Shown here: in pieces, positions 38,467-49,844 of the stretch | Numbering within the stretch: position 1 is the stretch's first letter | How the letters are laid out: every line of letters begins with the position of its first letter | NCBI GenBank assembly: GCA_041737595.1 | Contig: JBGSRK010000010.1 | Span: 96,001 to 160,000, forward strand | Direction of reading: 5' to 3' | Origin: Patescibacteria group bacterium | GTDB lineage: Bacteria > Patescibacteriota > CPR2 > UBA1875 | DNA: 64,000 nt | Notes under the pieces: model-generated | The model's input: the letters and a program-made list of their open reading frames with translations, nothing else | The model's database searches: none | Told to the model about the DNA's origin: nothing | Program-made: the position numbers and the translations under genes

Positions 38467-39092
38467 TGTATTTATTATAACAAAATAATTAGTATTTTAT
38501 TTTAAAAATAAAATACTAATAAATAATTTCTCCCAATTGTAATAAAGAGAGTGGATAATCAGAAATTGGTACAACATCTTCCCAGCGATATAATGGATCA
38601 AATGTACTGTGGTTAATAAACGATTGAGCACTTGAAATTGGTCTTTTTGTTTTATTTTCAATGAGATAAATTGACCCACGGTTAGAAACTAATCTAGTTA
38701 AGCGATTAGGGGAGGGGTAATTTAAAAGAAAGTTATTATTTTTAGTATAAAAAATATTATTCCAAATAAACCCAAAATTATTAAAAGTATCAATACTGTT
38801 AATTGGTCTTTTGCCATCGATATCCATAAAAAAAACTGAACCACCATATGAATAGGTAACTATTCTAGGAAAATATATTTTCACACCGACATTATAATAA
38901 TTAAATAGATCAGTAGAAATTTTTTTAATATCACCCCATCCTAAGCCCCAATTATCTTTAAATATATTAAAAGTGTCTGAGTCATTAATTGGTCTTAATT
39001 TACCTTCTTGGGCCAAATAAACACTCCCAGAGTACAAAGCTAATTGAGTTAGTGGTTCTCCAGTTGGATATGTGTTAATAGTTGATAATGGT
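36707..39092. repeat. 177-bp near-identical duplication shared by the two secreted proteins (36707-36883, 38916-39092)
   Basis: Only two mismatches seen on manual alignment. Confidence 0.9.
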
Positions 39093-40579
39093 AAATTTGT
39101 ATAATTATTTGGATACCCCCATGAATTATTTATTTCAATTTTATTTGCGGGTCTTTTTTCTCCACCATCAATCAAATAGTAACCATTTAGACCTTTTGTA
39201 GATACCCAAGGATTAACATTTGACCCTATAGATAAAAAATTAATAGAACTATCATCTAATATTGTAATATTATAATCTTCAAGTTTTAATATAGCTATTA
39301 GTTGGTCGGAAATTAATTTTTTATTTCCATCATCAATAATATATTTTAAACCACTACTACCCTTAACTATAAATGAAGAAAAATTATTCCCTAATATAAA
39401 ATTAATATCACTTGAAATATCAGTAATTTTTATTTTAGGATAACCTAATTGTGAAATTAATTCTGGGTTTGTGATATATCTCAATATCCCGTTATCCATA
39501 AAATAAAATTTACCGCTTTCTGGCTTTCTTATTATTTGTGATAATGACCCAATATCGTTTAACGTATATGAATTAATTGTATTAAGAATAATAATATCAT
39601 CCCAATTAAACCCCCATAAATTAAATTGTTCTGGACTTACTATACCAAGTCTTGACCCTCTATCTATAAAATAAACATGACCATTAATATTTATTAGCTT
39701 TGTTAAATTAACTAAACTTGTTGTATAACTATTAAAACTTTCTTCTGTAATATAATAAATTTTTCTTGTATTAAATCCCCAACTATTAAAAATATTTGCT
39801 GGAATTGGATATTTTTTATTATTATCGACTAGATATACTCCCGTAGGGTTGTTTTCATTAACAATCAAATATGGGCCATCAGAATTAACAGTGCTAAAAA
39901 AATTTGTAAAAATTAGATAAAACGATGTTTGGATATGTGGCGTATATCTATACAAGGCTGCGGTTGGTCCATTTTTAATAATAAATGTTTGGCCATCAAT
40001 TGTTATCGGATAATCAACCCAGTATTTAGTAGTACCAAAATCATTATATTCACTATGAGAAATTGCATAATCAGACCACTTTTTTAGTCCAAAAGAACCC
40101 CATGCGACCTGCATTGAAAACCCCTTATAAACAGATAAAGTAATGCCACTTTCTAAATAGCCATAACCCATAGCTCCGTCTAATGAACTTTGCCCATTAA
40201 GTAACACTGAATTAGTAATTAAACTTTGTTCTTTTTGAAGTGTTACAAGAATTACTTTTGGGCTAAGACCATTCCAAATTGCACAATTATATATAATTTT
40301 TGATGCAGACCAACCCTTAACATTAACCGAGGGGCCTATATATACATCATTCGGCTCAGTATAATTTTTAAGATAACTATTTTTTTCAACTAAAAATGAC
40401 TGAATTTCAGCTTCATTCATAGAATATCTATTATAATATACCCCTTCATCAATAACTAAACTATTATCAAGGGCTGCCAATACTTCACTGGGGTTAAAAA
40501 TAAGAAACAAACATGAAACAAAAAACATTAACCCTAGGATAATTAGTTTTGAATTAAATTTAAAGATAGTTAATTTCAT
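38516..40579 (-). CDS. Secreted protein: lysozyme-like N-terminal domain plus the same C-terminal repeats
   Basis: Signal peptide; 'SPKVILVTLQKEQSLI', 'AMGYG', 'TAALY.YTPH'; multiple 'G.KRPI' repeats. Confidence 0.7.
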   Translation of the reverse strand: MKLTIFKFNSKLIILGLMFFVSCLFLIFNPSEVLAALDNSLVIDEGVYYNRYSMNEAEIQSFLVEKNSYLKNYTEPNDVYIGPSVNVKGWSASKIIYNCAIWNGLSPKVILVTLQKEQSLITNSVLLNGQSSLDGAMGYGYLESGITLSVYKGFSMQVAWGSFGLKKWSDYAISHSEYNDFGTTKYWVDYPITIDGQTFIIKNGPTAALYRYTPHIQTSFYLIFTNFFSTVNSDGPYLIVNENNPTGVYLVDNNKKYPIPANIFNSWGFNTRKIYYITEESFNSYTTSLVNLTKLININGHVYFIDRGSRLGIVSPEQFNLWGFNWDDIIILNTINSYTLNDIGSLSQIIRKPESGKFYFMDNGILRYITNPELISQLGYPKIKITDISSDINFILGNNFSSFIVKGSSGLKYIIDDGNKKLISDQLIAILKLEDYNITILDDSSINFLSIGSNVNPWVSTKGLNGYYLIDGGEKRPANKIEINNSWGYPNNYTNLPLSTINTYPTGEPLTQLALYSGSVYLAQEGKLRPINDSDTFNIFKDNWGLGWGDIKKISTDLFNYYNVGVKIYFPRIVTYSYGGSVFFMDIDGKRPINSIDTFNNFGFIWNNIFYTKNNNFLLNYPSPNRLTRLVSNRGSIYLIENKTKRPISSAQSFINHSTFDPLYRWEDVVPISDYPLSLLQLGEIIY

Positions 40580-40626
40580 AATATTTTACGATATGAATTA
40601 TATCATAATGAAATGTTTTTTCTAAG

Positions 40627-41517
40627 TTAATTTAAATATAAATTTAATGATTCTTCCCAATCCGCAATATAAATTCCACCCTCTTTTGCTTTTGTAAGAT
40701 CTAGCGCTGAATAAGCAGGACGATTGGCAATTTTACTCGTATCTTTCCCGGCATAATATTCTTCAGTGGTAACATATTTAACGTTTGAATTTTTGCCGGC
40801 AATTTCAAATATTTTCTTTGCAAAATCAGCCCAGGAAATAATTGGTCCATCACCAGTTACATGATAAATACCAGGGGGGATAGGAGTGGAAGAAGGAGAT
40901 TGCCGCGTCGCAAGCTCCTCGCAATGACGGAGGGTCGAGAGAGAAATATCATACATTGCGCGAGCAAGATCGAGTGCATAGGTTGGTCGACCAACTTGAT
41001 CTGAAACTACAGTTAATTCTGGATATTTTTCAGAAAGATCAATCATTGTTTTTACAAAGTTTTTACCATCACCATAAACCCACGACGTTCGAAGAACATA
41101 ACCACCTACTGCAAGTGTATGTTTTTCACCGGCTAGTTTTGTGGCACCATAAACACTTATTGGGTTAGGGGTTGCGTCTGGCTTGATTGGGCTAGTTGCG
41201 GTTCCATCAAAAACATAATCAGTTGAAATATAAATCATTTTAACGCCATGTTTTTGGCATGAAATTGCCAGATTTTCTGTCCCCCTATCATTAACAAGTG
41301 TACAAATATCTTTATTTTCTTCACATCCATCTACATTTGTATATGCAGCACAATGGAATAACCATTCTGGTTTAAATTTAATAAATGTTTTTTCTATTGC
41401 CTCTAAATCTGTAATATCCATATCATCAGAATCAGTAAAAAGAGTTACTTCATCTTTTAATACTTCTGAGAGTGCATGACCAAGCTGACCATGACCGCCA
41501 GTAACTAATACTTTCAT
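40627..41517 (-). CDS. rfbD: dTDP-4-dehydrorhamnose reductase
   Basis: 'GGHGQLG', 'AAYTNVD', 'ISTDYVFDG', 'YG.TKLAGE', 'DQ.G.PT'. Confidence 0.95.
   Translation of the reverse strand: MKVLVTGGHGQLGHALSEVLKDEVTLFTDSDDMDITDLEAIEKTFIKFKPEWLFHCAAYTNVDGCEENKDICTLVNDRGTENLAISCQKHGVKMIYISTDYVFDGTATSPIKPDATPNPISVYGATKLAGEKHTLAVGGYVLRTSWVYGDGKNFVKTMIDLSEKYPELTVVSDQVGRPTYALDLARAMYDISLSTLRHCEELATRQSPSSTPIPPGIYHVTGDGPIISWADFAKKIFEIAGKNSNVKYVTTEEYYAGKDTSKIANRPAYSALDLTKAKEGGIYIADWEESLNLYLN
40897..40928. repeat. GTCATTGCGAG...GCAATCT-type palindromic half element inside rfbD
   Basis: Minus strand GTCATTGCGAGGAGCTTGCGACGCGGCAATCT encodes RHCEELATRQS within a ~20-aa insertion. Confidence 0.75.
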
Positions 41518-41567
41518 ATATTCTCCTTTCTTCGTTATTCAAATATAGACTGTAATGAAGAAATATT

Positions 41568-42143
41568 TTAGGTTAATTCTTTTAAAAGAGAATGGGATTT
41601 GTCCTTATCGGATATAATAGCCTCCGAAAGAGGAATGGGCCAATCTATGGCAAGGTCTGGGTCTGCAAGGTTTATTAGAGTGTATTTTGCTTCTGGCGAC
41701 CAGTGGGCATCTACTAAATAAGTATATAAAACATCTGGCGTTAGGGTTTGAAATGAGTTGGCACAGCCTTTGGGCACAAACAGTGCCTTTTGGGGATTCA
41801 TCTCAAAAGTCTCTACCATCCCATAAGTATCTCCCTCTCGCAAATCAACTATCGCCGTAAATGCTCTTCCGGTTTGGATACTAATAAACTTGCTCCATGG
41901 TTCTGCATGGATACCCCTAGTGACACCTCTTTCTTTATTCGCAGATACGCTTAATTGTACTGGGACAAAATCTTCTGGAAGTCCGGCTATTCTCAGTTTT
42001 TCTAATTGGAAACTTTCCTTGAACCAACCTCTTTCATCACCGTTTAAAACCAAATCAAAAAATAATAGTCCAGGTATGCGGGTTTTATGGGACCTAATTT
42101 CTTTGTTTTCATACAGCGACTTATCGTAGTTGTCGTTTTTCAT
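41568..42143 (-). CDS. rfbC: dTDP-4-dehydrorhamnose 3,5-epimerase
   Basis: 'GDERGWFKE', 'RGIHAEPW', 'VDLR', 'IDWP', 'SDKD'. Confidence 0.93.
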   Translation of the reverse strand: MKNDNYDKSLYENKEIRSHKTRIPGLLFFDLVLNGDERGWFKESFQLEKLRIAGLPEDFVPVQLSVSANKERGVTRGIHAEPWSKFISIQTGRAFTAIVDLREGDTYGMVETFEMNPQKALFVPKGCANSFQTLTPDVLYTYLVDAHWSPEAKYTLINLADPDLAIDWPIPLSEAIISDKDKSHSLLKELT

Positions 42144-42148
42144 AATAA

Positions 42149-43872
<1,724 letters not shown>

Positions 43873-43940
43873 AAAATCTCCTTTTTAATAGTAGATATAT
43901 TTTAACCTATAGGATTTTTTTGTCAAAAGAGTTACTAAGA

Positions 43941-44804
43941 TTAGCTAATCTCTTTTTCTAAATATTTTTTTAGTTCATCTTTGAAACCATCGTGTTTTAA
44001 TGCCATTGAGATGGTTGCCTTTAAAAAACCAAGCTTATCACCTGTATCATAAACTGTCCCTTTGTAATTTTTACCCATTAAACCTTCTTTTTTTGCCATT
44101 TCAAGCATCGCGTCAGTAAGTTCTATCTCCCCTCTTTCAGAAAAACCAACATCTTCAAGATATTTAAATATTACAGGGTCAAATACATATCGCCCAAGGA
44201 TAGAATAATTTGATGGAGCATCTTTTAGTTTTGGTTTTTCAACTACACCTTTTATCATAAATTCTTCACCTTTTTCTTTAGGATCAATAATCCCATATAG
44301 ATGAACCTTTTCATCGGGGACTTCAGATGCTGTTATTGTTGAAATCCCTGTTTTTTCATAATTATCAATTAGGTCTTTTAAACAATCCGGCCCATTTGCG
44401 ACTAAAACATCTGGGAGTAACACTGCAAATGGTTCATCTCCGATAATGTCCTTTGCTCTAAGAACTGCGTGCCCAAGGCCAAGTGGTTCTTTTTGACGAA
44501 TATAAATAATATTTGCCATCTCTGAGATTGCTTCCATTTCATGAAGTAGTTCTAATTTATTTTTTTTCTTTAATGCATCTTCGAGTTCATATGAATGATC
44601 AAAATAGTCTTCAATTGCAGATTTACCGCGCCCAGTAATAAAGATGATATCAGTAATACCCGCTTTAACTGCTTCTTCTACTGCATAATGAATCGCCGGC
44701 TTATCAATGATTGGGACCATCTCTTTTGGCATTGATTTTGTGGCTGGTAAAAATCTTGTCCCAAACCCCGCTGCGGGGATTACTGCTTTTCTAACTTTTT
44801 TCAT
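43941..44804 (-). CDS. galU: UTP--glucose-1-phosphate uridylyltransferase
   Basis: 'KAVIPAAG.GTRFLPATK..PKEM', 'GLGHAVL', 'VEKP', 'E.ELTDA'. Confidence 0.96.
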   Translation of the reverse strand: MKKVRKAVIPAAGFGTRFLPATKSMPKEMVPIIDKPAIHYAVEEAVKAGITDIIFITGRGKSAIEDYFDHSYELEDALKKKNKLELLHEMEAISEMANIIYIRQKEPLGLGHAVLRAKDIIGDEPFAVLLPDVLVANGPDCLKDLIDNYEKTGISTITASEVPDEKVHLYGIIDPKEKGEEFMIKGVVEKPKLKDAPSNYSILGRYVFDPVIFKYLEDVGFSERGEIELTDAMLEMAKKEGLMGKNYKGTVYDTGDKLGFLKATISMALKHDGFKDELKKYLEKEIS

Positions 44805-44810
44805 ATCAGT

Positions 44811-44839
44811 ATTTTATATTTAAAACACCCCTCCGTCAA
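44811..44839 (-). promoter_or_regulatory. galU promoter (leaderless geometry)
   Basis: TTGACG-N17-TAAAAT-N6-ATG; no SD. Confidence 0.7.
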
Positions 44840-44879
44840 ATACCCATATTAATCTCTTTTTATTATATTATTTATAGTA

Positions 44880-45375
44880 CTTATGCTTTAGTAATGTACA
44901 TTAGTAAAGTGATATCTAGGTGGTTTAATATTGTAAATTATAGCTGTTTATCTTTTAGATATCGGTATTATGCCTGGAATACCCTTGTATTTTACTTTAT
45001 GACTTTTTGAATAATTAATAATTACATCTTTTATATTATCAATATTTTTTCTAGTATTTCTAGAAGGATTTCTGCGAAAACCATACCCAATATGGTTACT
45101 AAGTCTAGCAATAATAGTTGAGCTAACCTTAACTTCTTGTTGAATCATTGAATATGAATATCCTGCATTAAGCATTTCGAGTATTTTAAGTCTTCTTGCC
45201 ATATCATTAATTTCACGAGGAGTTAAAATTCTTTCAAAAAGTAACTCAACATCTTTTGTTGTATTTGTAGAGGCAACTATTTTAATTAAATCTTTAATTT
45301 CTTTTTCAAACCAGATATCAATTGACATGAGTTCTCCTTTATCCTTATGCTTTAGTAATGTACATTAGTAAAGTG
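44880..45375. repeat. Identical 32-bp direct repeat CTTATGCTTTAGTAATGTACATTAGTAAAGTG flanking the TrpR-like gene (44880-44911, 45344-45375)
   Basis: 32/32 identity; 24-bp core CTTTAGTAATGT|ACATTAGTAAAG is palindromic with one mismatched pair. Confidence 0.92.
44948..45328 (-). CDS. TrpR-like (YerC/YecD) repressor
   Basis: 'LTPREI..MARRL.I..ML..G.SY..I......S...IAR......G.G'. Confidence 0.88.
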   Translation of the reverse strand: MSIDIWFEKEIKDLIKIVASTNTTKDVELLFERILTPREINDMARRLKILEMLNAGYSYSMIQQEVKVSSTIIARLSNHIGYGFRRNPSRNTRKNIDNIKDVIINYSKSHKVKYKGIPGIIPISKR

Positions 45376-45405
45376 TTTATATATTTATTATTTCAAAGTA
45401 TTTTT

Positions 45406-47157
45406 TTATAAATAGACTAAATAAATATCAAGCTTGGGGACTGTTGTTTTTTCGCCAGAATCAAAAACTAGAATATTGCCCGAGATATCAATACGAGGTA
45501 AATAATAAATTGGGAAATCAATTATTGTTTCCGTGGATGAGCTAATGTCATAGATATGGATGTAATAATAACCACTTTCAAATTTTGTATAAACAATACG
45601 CCCTGAATCTATTCGAATCGCGCCAGAAACACCTCCGTCTGTAATCAATTTTTCTTCTCTGGTCTTAATATTTATTGAATATAATTTTTTATCCTTTTCC
45701 CAAATAATATAATCTTCTGAAATATCTATTGTCCCCGTTGACCCAATATTTGTTTTTATCAACTCTTCAGCGCCCCCAATTTCTTTAAGGTATAAATCGG
45801 TCCGGTTCCCAATTCTTGTATCTTTCCAAATAACATTATCTTCTGAAATTTTTGGTTGATATTGACTCCCGGTCCCAGTTACAAAAGGAATTTCTCCGTT
45901 TGACTTATTTAAATCAAGATAATAAATATCAGAATCCTTACCATTCCGCATATCACTCCAAACAACAATCCCGCTATCATTTAAAACTGGGCTTAATTGA
46001 TCTTTTGGCGCATTTGTGACCAAAAAAGGCGAGTTTGATATAAAACTATAACAATAAATATTCGTTGCAGTTGAACTAAAATGTGAATCTTGGGCTGTAT
46101 AACATGCATAATCTCCACCAACTTGTGGCTCTTGGGCAATACTTACACCTTCTATTGCAATATTTACACCCTTAATTTCACCATCTGAAATATCATAATA
46201 AAATAACTTTTTGGGGCTATTGCCGTTTTCGTTTTTCTTCCAATCCTGCCAAACAATTATTTTCCCATTCGTAGTCGGATATCTTTGACTTTCGGGATCG
46301 TTTGTAACATTAATAACTTCTCTTTTCAGTTCAATTGATTTTTCTTCAGATTCAGCCGTTAGACCATTATTAAAGTAAGTAATGACTCGATAATAATAAT
46401 TTTTACCTGTTAATAGATTTTTATCTTCATAATTTAATTTATTAACATCATTGGTTTCGAAAATTGGTGAAAACCCAGCCCCAGATTCGAGGGAACGCTC
46501 TAAAACATACTTATTAAAATCTGAGTCTTCTGATTTAGCCCAAGAAATATTAATCGAGTTACTTTGAGAATTAAGTACAATTTCTGAACCTTTTTGTGGT
46601 CGATGAGAATCTATAAAATCAGTAGGTGAATAATAAAAATCTTTAATATTTTCTTTATCTAACCCGCTCGGCCAATAATTCGCCTTTAGATTATTTTTTC
46701 TAATTTCAAAATGTAAATGTGATGCCCATCTCCCATCGGCATTTCCTATTTTTCCAATACAATCACCTTTTTTTAATAATTGACCTTCATTTACATTAAT
46801 TTCAGAAAGATGTGCATATTGTGACCAAACTGTTATTGGGTTATCATGTTTTATTAAAACTATTTTTCCCCAACCACTACCATAATCTTTTGCACTTATA
46901 ATAGTTCCGTCTGAGATGGAATATACAGGGTCCCCATAATCATCTTCACCACTTCCCCTGTTCCAATCTTCTCCTGGATGCCAAATTGTTCCGTTCCATT
47001 CAAGATAACCCCATCCATCATTCCCACCAAATATTTCACCTCTTTTATAATTATCTCCATCGGGTTTGCCCGCAGGATAATCAAAACCAGCATTACTTGC
47101 AAAAGTAATATTTGGTAATAATAACATAAGAATTATAAGGTAAAAAAAATTAAACAT
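45406..47157 (-). CDS. Secreted M23 peptidase with FN3 and beta-propeller repeats
   Basis: 'H.GED', 'YAHL', 'HLHFEIR'; FN3 'Y.YRV..Y'; repeats 'VW.D.R.G..DIY'. Confidence 0.85.
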   Translation of the reverse strand: MFNFFYLIILMLLLPNITFASNAGFDYPAGKPDGDNYKRGEIFGGNDGWGYLEWNGTIWHPGEDWNRGSGEDDYGDPVYSISDGTIISAKDYGSGWGKIVLIKHDNPITVWSQYAHLSEINVNEGQLLKKGDCIGKIGNADGRWASHLHFEIRKNNLKANYWPSGLDKENIKDFYYSPTDFIDSHRPQKGSEIVLNSQSNSINISWAKSEDSDFNKYVLERSLESGAGFSPIFETNDVNKLNYEDKNLLTGKNYYYRVITYFNNGLTAESEEKSIELKREVINVTNDPESQRYPTTNGKIIVWQDWKKNENGNSPKKLFYYDISDGEIKGVNIAIEGVSIAQEPQVGGDYACYTAQDSHFSSTATNIYCYSFISNSPFLVTNAPKDQLSPVLNDSGIVVWSDMRNGKDSDIYYLDLNKSNGEIPFVTGTGSQYQPKISEDNVIWKDTRIGNRTDLYLKEIGGAEELIKTNIGSTGTIDISEDYIIWEKDKKLYSINIKTREEKLITDGGVSGAIRIDSGRIVYTKFESGYYYIHIYDISSSTETIIDFPIYYLPRIDISGNILVFDSGEKTTVPKLDIYLVYL

Positions 47158-47164
47158 AGCTTTA

Positions 47165-47947
47165 TTAATCAGTCATATTAAAAATAATTTGTTCCGCTAT
47201 ATTGATTAAATCACCGTTATTTGATCCTAAAATATTTAGATCAAATATTTTATTATTAAAAATATATACATAATTTCTAGTTTCACCCATCGAAAGCCAA
47301 TCAAAGTAGACACCTTTTTTAGATGCTATTTTAAAATCTTTTCTATCTAAAAAACCTTCCACATTAAATGTTTCCTGATCACCTATAAATAAATACTTAT
47401 TTTCATCTACCCATTTTGATATATCTGTTTCTTTTTCTAAATTATTATAAACAGAAATCGAAATCCCAGGGAATTCAGATTCACTATCTTTATATACTGA
47501 AGAAATAATATTAATATGATTACTATTATTGTTAACAATAAAGTCTTCTGGGTATTTTAGCTCAAATCCTAATTCTTCATTTTTATAAGTCTTCCAATCT
47601 TTAAAATTACTCGAATTTGTATTATCAAAATTATTAGAATTAGTAAAAGAATCATTATTTTTATATGTAAAGGCGGCATTATAAAAAGGGTTTCCTACTG
47701 CCGGGATTACGGCCGCAAGTGGTTTTGCGATGTCATTTTTAATTCCTTCTCTAATTGACCCTCTGGTTTCTTTTGGTATAAAATCTGGTTTATCTTTAGT
47801 ATAAATAGCCATAAAAAAACAAATTATCGTTCCAATTATTAATATTGTAATAACAATTATTGAAATTAATAATAGAGTTTTTCGATCCATTAATTTAAAA
47901 ATATTTTTTGAATTTCGCCACTTAATATATTTTTCTTTAAGTCTCAT
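47165..47947 (-). CDS. Membrane-anchored hypothetical protein (PsbP-like C-terminus)
   Basis: TM helix; 'WKTY.NEELGFELKYP'. Start at ATG 47947, supported by TTGACC-N17-TATGAT-N6. Confidence 0.65.
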   Translation of the reverse strand: MRLKEKYIKWRNSKNIFKLMDRKTLLLISIIVITILIIGTIICFFMAIYTKDKPDFIPKETRGSIREGIKNDIAKPLAAVIPAVGNPFYNAAFTYKNNDSFTNSNNFDNTNSSNFKDWKTYKNEELGFELKYPEDFIVNNNSNHINIISSVYKDSESEFPGISISVYNNLEKETDISKWVDENKYLFIGDQETFNVEGFLDRKDFKIASKKGVYFDWLSMGETRNYVYIFNNKIFDLNILGSNNGDLINIAEQIIFNMTD

Positions 47948-47999
47948 ATATTTATCATAAGCATAATGAATAATACGGTCAAGTATTTTATCTATACAG

Positions 48000-48029
48000 A
48001 AAATGAAACACCCCTGCATATAGCAGGGG
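48000..48029 (-). terminator. Intrinsic terminator
   Basis: CCCCTGC-N5-GCAGGGG stem followed by a U-rich run on the minus strand. Confidence 0.65.
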
Positions 48030-48050
48030 CTTTGTGCGACACAATGGTCG

Positions 48051-48398
48051 CTAGTTCGGGTTCAACACCGGGTTGGCTTCGAGGATATTCCCAATAATGC
48101 GATCGAAAACAATCGGGAGACCATCGATACCCTGAAGGGTACCACAACGCCGGCTGACACCATCAACGTTGCCGAGGTCAGGAGTTGATATGAAAGTGAT
48201 GTCATCGTTTGGTGCACGATGAACCACAAACATGCCCTCAGGGCCCTGATATGACACGCAGTGACCTTCCTTCAGAGTTACAGCAACACGACGATCTTCA
48301 CCAATTCCGTAGGTAGTATCAAACTGACCTGCGTAGGCTGGGAATGTCTCGAGAAATTGCTCAAGACGTGTCCGGACCTTACATGTACTTGCCTTCAT
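48051..48398 (-). CDS. Orphan hypothetical protein
   Basis: 115-aa ORF with GAGGAG SD and its own terminator; GC-richer than its flanks. Confidence 0.65.
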   Translation of the reverse strand: MKASTCKVRTRLEQFLETFPAYAGQFDTTYGIGEDRRVAVTLKEGHCVSYQGPEGMFVVHRAPNDDITFISTPDLGNVDGVSRRCGTLQGIDGLPIVFDRIIGNILEANPVLNPN

Positions 48399-48466
48399 CT
48401 ACACTCCTCTTTTCGAGATGAACACACAAGCAGAAATTATATCAAACTTTAGGCTTTATGTCAAAG

Positions 48467-48494
48467 AAAAGTCCACTCTTTCGAGTGGACTTTT
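48467..48494. terminator. Intrinsic terminator after hsp20 (bidirectional geometry)
   Basis: AAAAGTCCACTC-TTTC-GAGTGGACTTTT. Confidence 0.8.
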
Positions 48495-48516
48495 ATAATA
48501 AACACCCTCCGCAAAT

Positions 48517-48957
48517 TTATTGAGAAATCTTTAATTTCACAGATTGATTCTTTTTAGATCTTGGGACTCGAACTGTTAAAATACCATTTTTAAAAGTAGC
48601 TCTTGCACCCTCTGGATCACCTTCAACTGGGAAAGTTACAGTTCTTGAAAAAGTACCCCAATAACATTCTCTTGTATGATAATTATCTTCAGCTACTTCT
48701 TTTTCCTCTTTTCTTTCGCCTCTAATAGAAATTTGTTCTGGTTGGACTGTTATATCTATATCAGTTTCATTAACACCTGCAACAGGAGCCTTAACAACAA
48801 TATCATTTTGAGTTTGATAGATATCTACTGCAAGATTTCCTTCTGTTTGTGCTTGACTTAACCAATCTTGAGCAACTGAATCAGAAAAAGCATCCCCAAG
48901 GAGAAATTCCTCTTCTGAAAGCTGACTATTAAGATTTGCGATCGCTTTTTTTACCAC
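48517..48957 (-). CDS. Hsp20/alpha-crystallin small heat-shock protein
   Basis: 'VDIYQT', 'I.I.GER', 'RECYWG.FSR', 'A.FKNGILTV..P'. Confidence 0.93.
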   Translation of the reverse strand: MVKKAIANLNSQLSEEEFLLGDAFSDSVAQDWLSQAQTEGNLAVDIYQTQNDIVVKAPVAGVNETDIDITVQPEQISIRGERKEEKEVAEDNYHTRECYWGTFSRTVTFPVEGDPEGARATFKNGILTVRVPRSKKNQSVKLKISQ

Positions 48958-49101
48958 AATTACCCTCCTTAAATTTTATTGAGTATTATAAAATATAATT
49001 CTCATGAGGAACGAACTGCATTCATATTAAATAAAGAGTACGCCCTCCGTAACTTTACTTATTTTATTTTATTGATATTTTTTGATAAAATCAATAGCAA
49101 T

Positions 49102-49791
49102 ATGCAAAAGCTTAAGAATTATATTACAGATTTATTTTTCCCGGCTAAGTGCCTTATATGTAATAAAATTAGCCAAAATATTTGTATTGATTGTATTAAT
49201 AAGATACAGGAAGTTATAAATCAAACTTGTCCTAATTGTAATAAATTATCAAAATATGGTGCTTATTGTAATCGGTGTAAGAAAAATAAATATATATCAG
49301 GTATTATTGCATTTGGTTATTTTAGAAACCCAATCCTAAAGAAAGTTATTTATGAACTCAAATATGAAGGGGTATTTTCGGTTAGTGATCAACTCGCAGG
49401 CATGTTAACTAAAACAATTCTTAAGGAAGATATAATTTTTGATATAATTTCATTTGTGCCTATTTCTAAAAAAAGTTTAAGGCATCGAGGGTATAACCAA
49501 TCTGAATTAATTGCAAATAGCCTATCAGAGTATTTTAAAAAACCTGTTTTCTCCTTATTAACAAAGACTAAAGAAACAAAAAGTCAAGTTGGTCTTTCTG
49601 GGAAAGAAAGACGTAATAATTTATTTGACGCATTTATAATTAATGAAAAAAATAGTAATAAACTAATTGGAAAAAAAATACTAATTATCGATGATGTTTG
49701 CACCACAGGGTCAACACTTAATGAATGTGCAAAAATATTAAAAAATGGTGGAGCAAAAAAAATCCATGGAGCAGTTATCGCAAAAGAATAA
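49102..49791 (+). CDS. comF: ComF family competence protein (Zn finger + PRTase)
   Basis: 'LFFP.KC.IC', CxxC pairs, 'RGYNQSE', 'IIDDV.TTGSTL'. Start placed at ATG 49102. Confidence 0.9.
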   Translation: MQKLKNYITDLFFPAKCLICNKISQNICIDCINKIQEVINQTCPNCNKLSKYGAYCNRCKKNKYISGIIAFGYFRNPILKKVIYELKYEGVFSVSDQLAGMLTKTILKEDIIFDIISFVPISKKSLRHRGYNQSELIANSLSEYFKKPVFSLLTKTKETKSQVGLSGKERRNNLFDAFIINEKNSNKLIGKKILIIDDVCTTGSTLNECAKILKNGGAKKIHGAVIAKE

Positions 49792-49844
49792 TTGGACTAC
49801 TTGCTTCTTTTTGCTAAATTCTTTATTCTATTTATGGAGGGTTT

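Noticed and set aside
36707-39092. Diversity-generating retroelement TR/VR pair
   Set aside because: Only two mismatches, not consistently at adenines of one copy; both copies are coding; no reverse transcriptase in the window.
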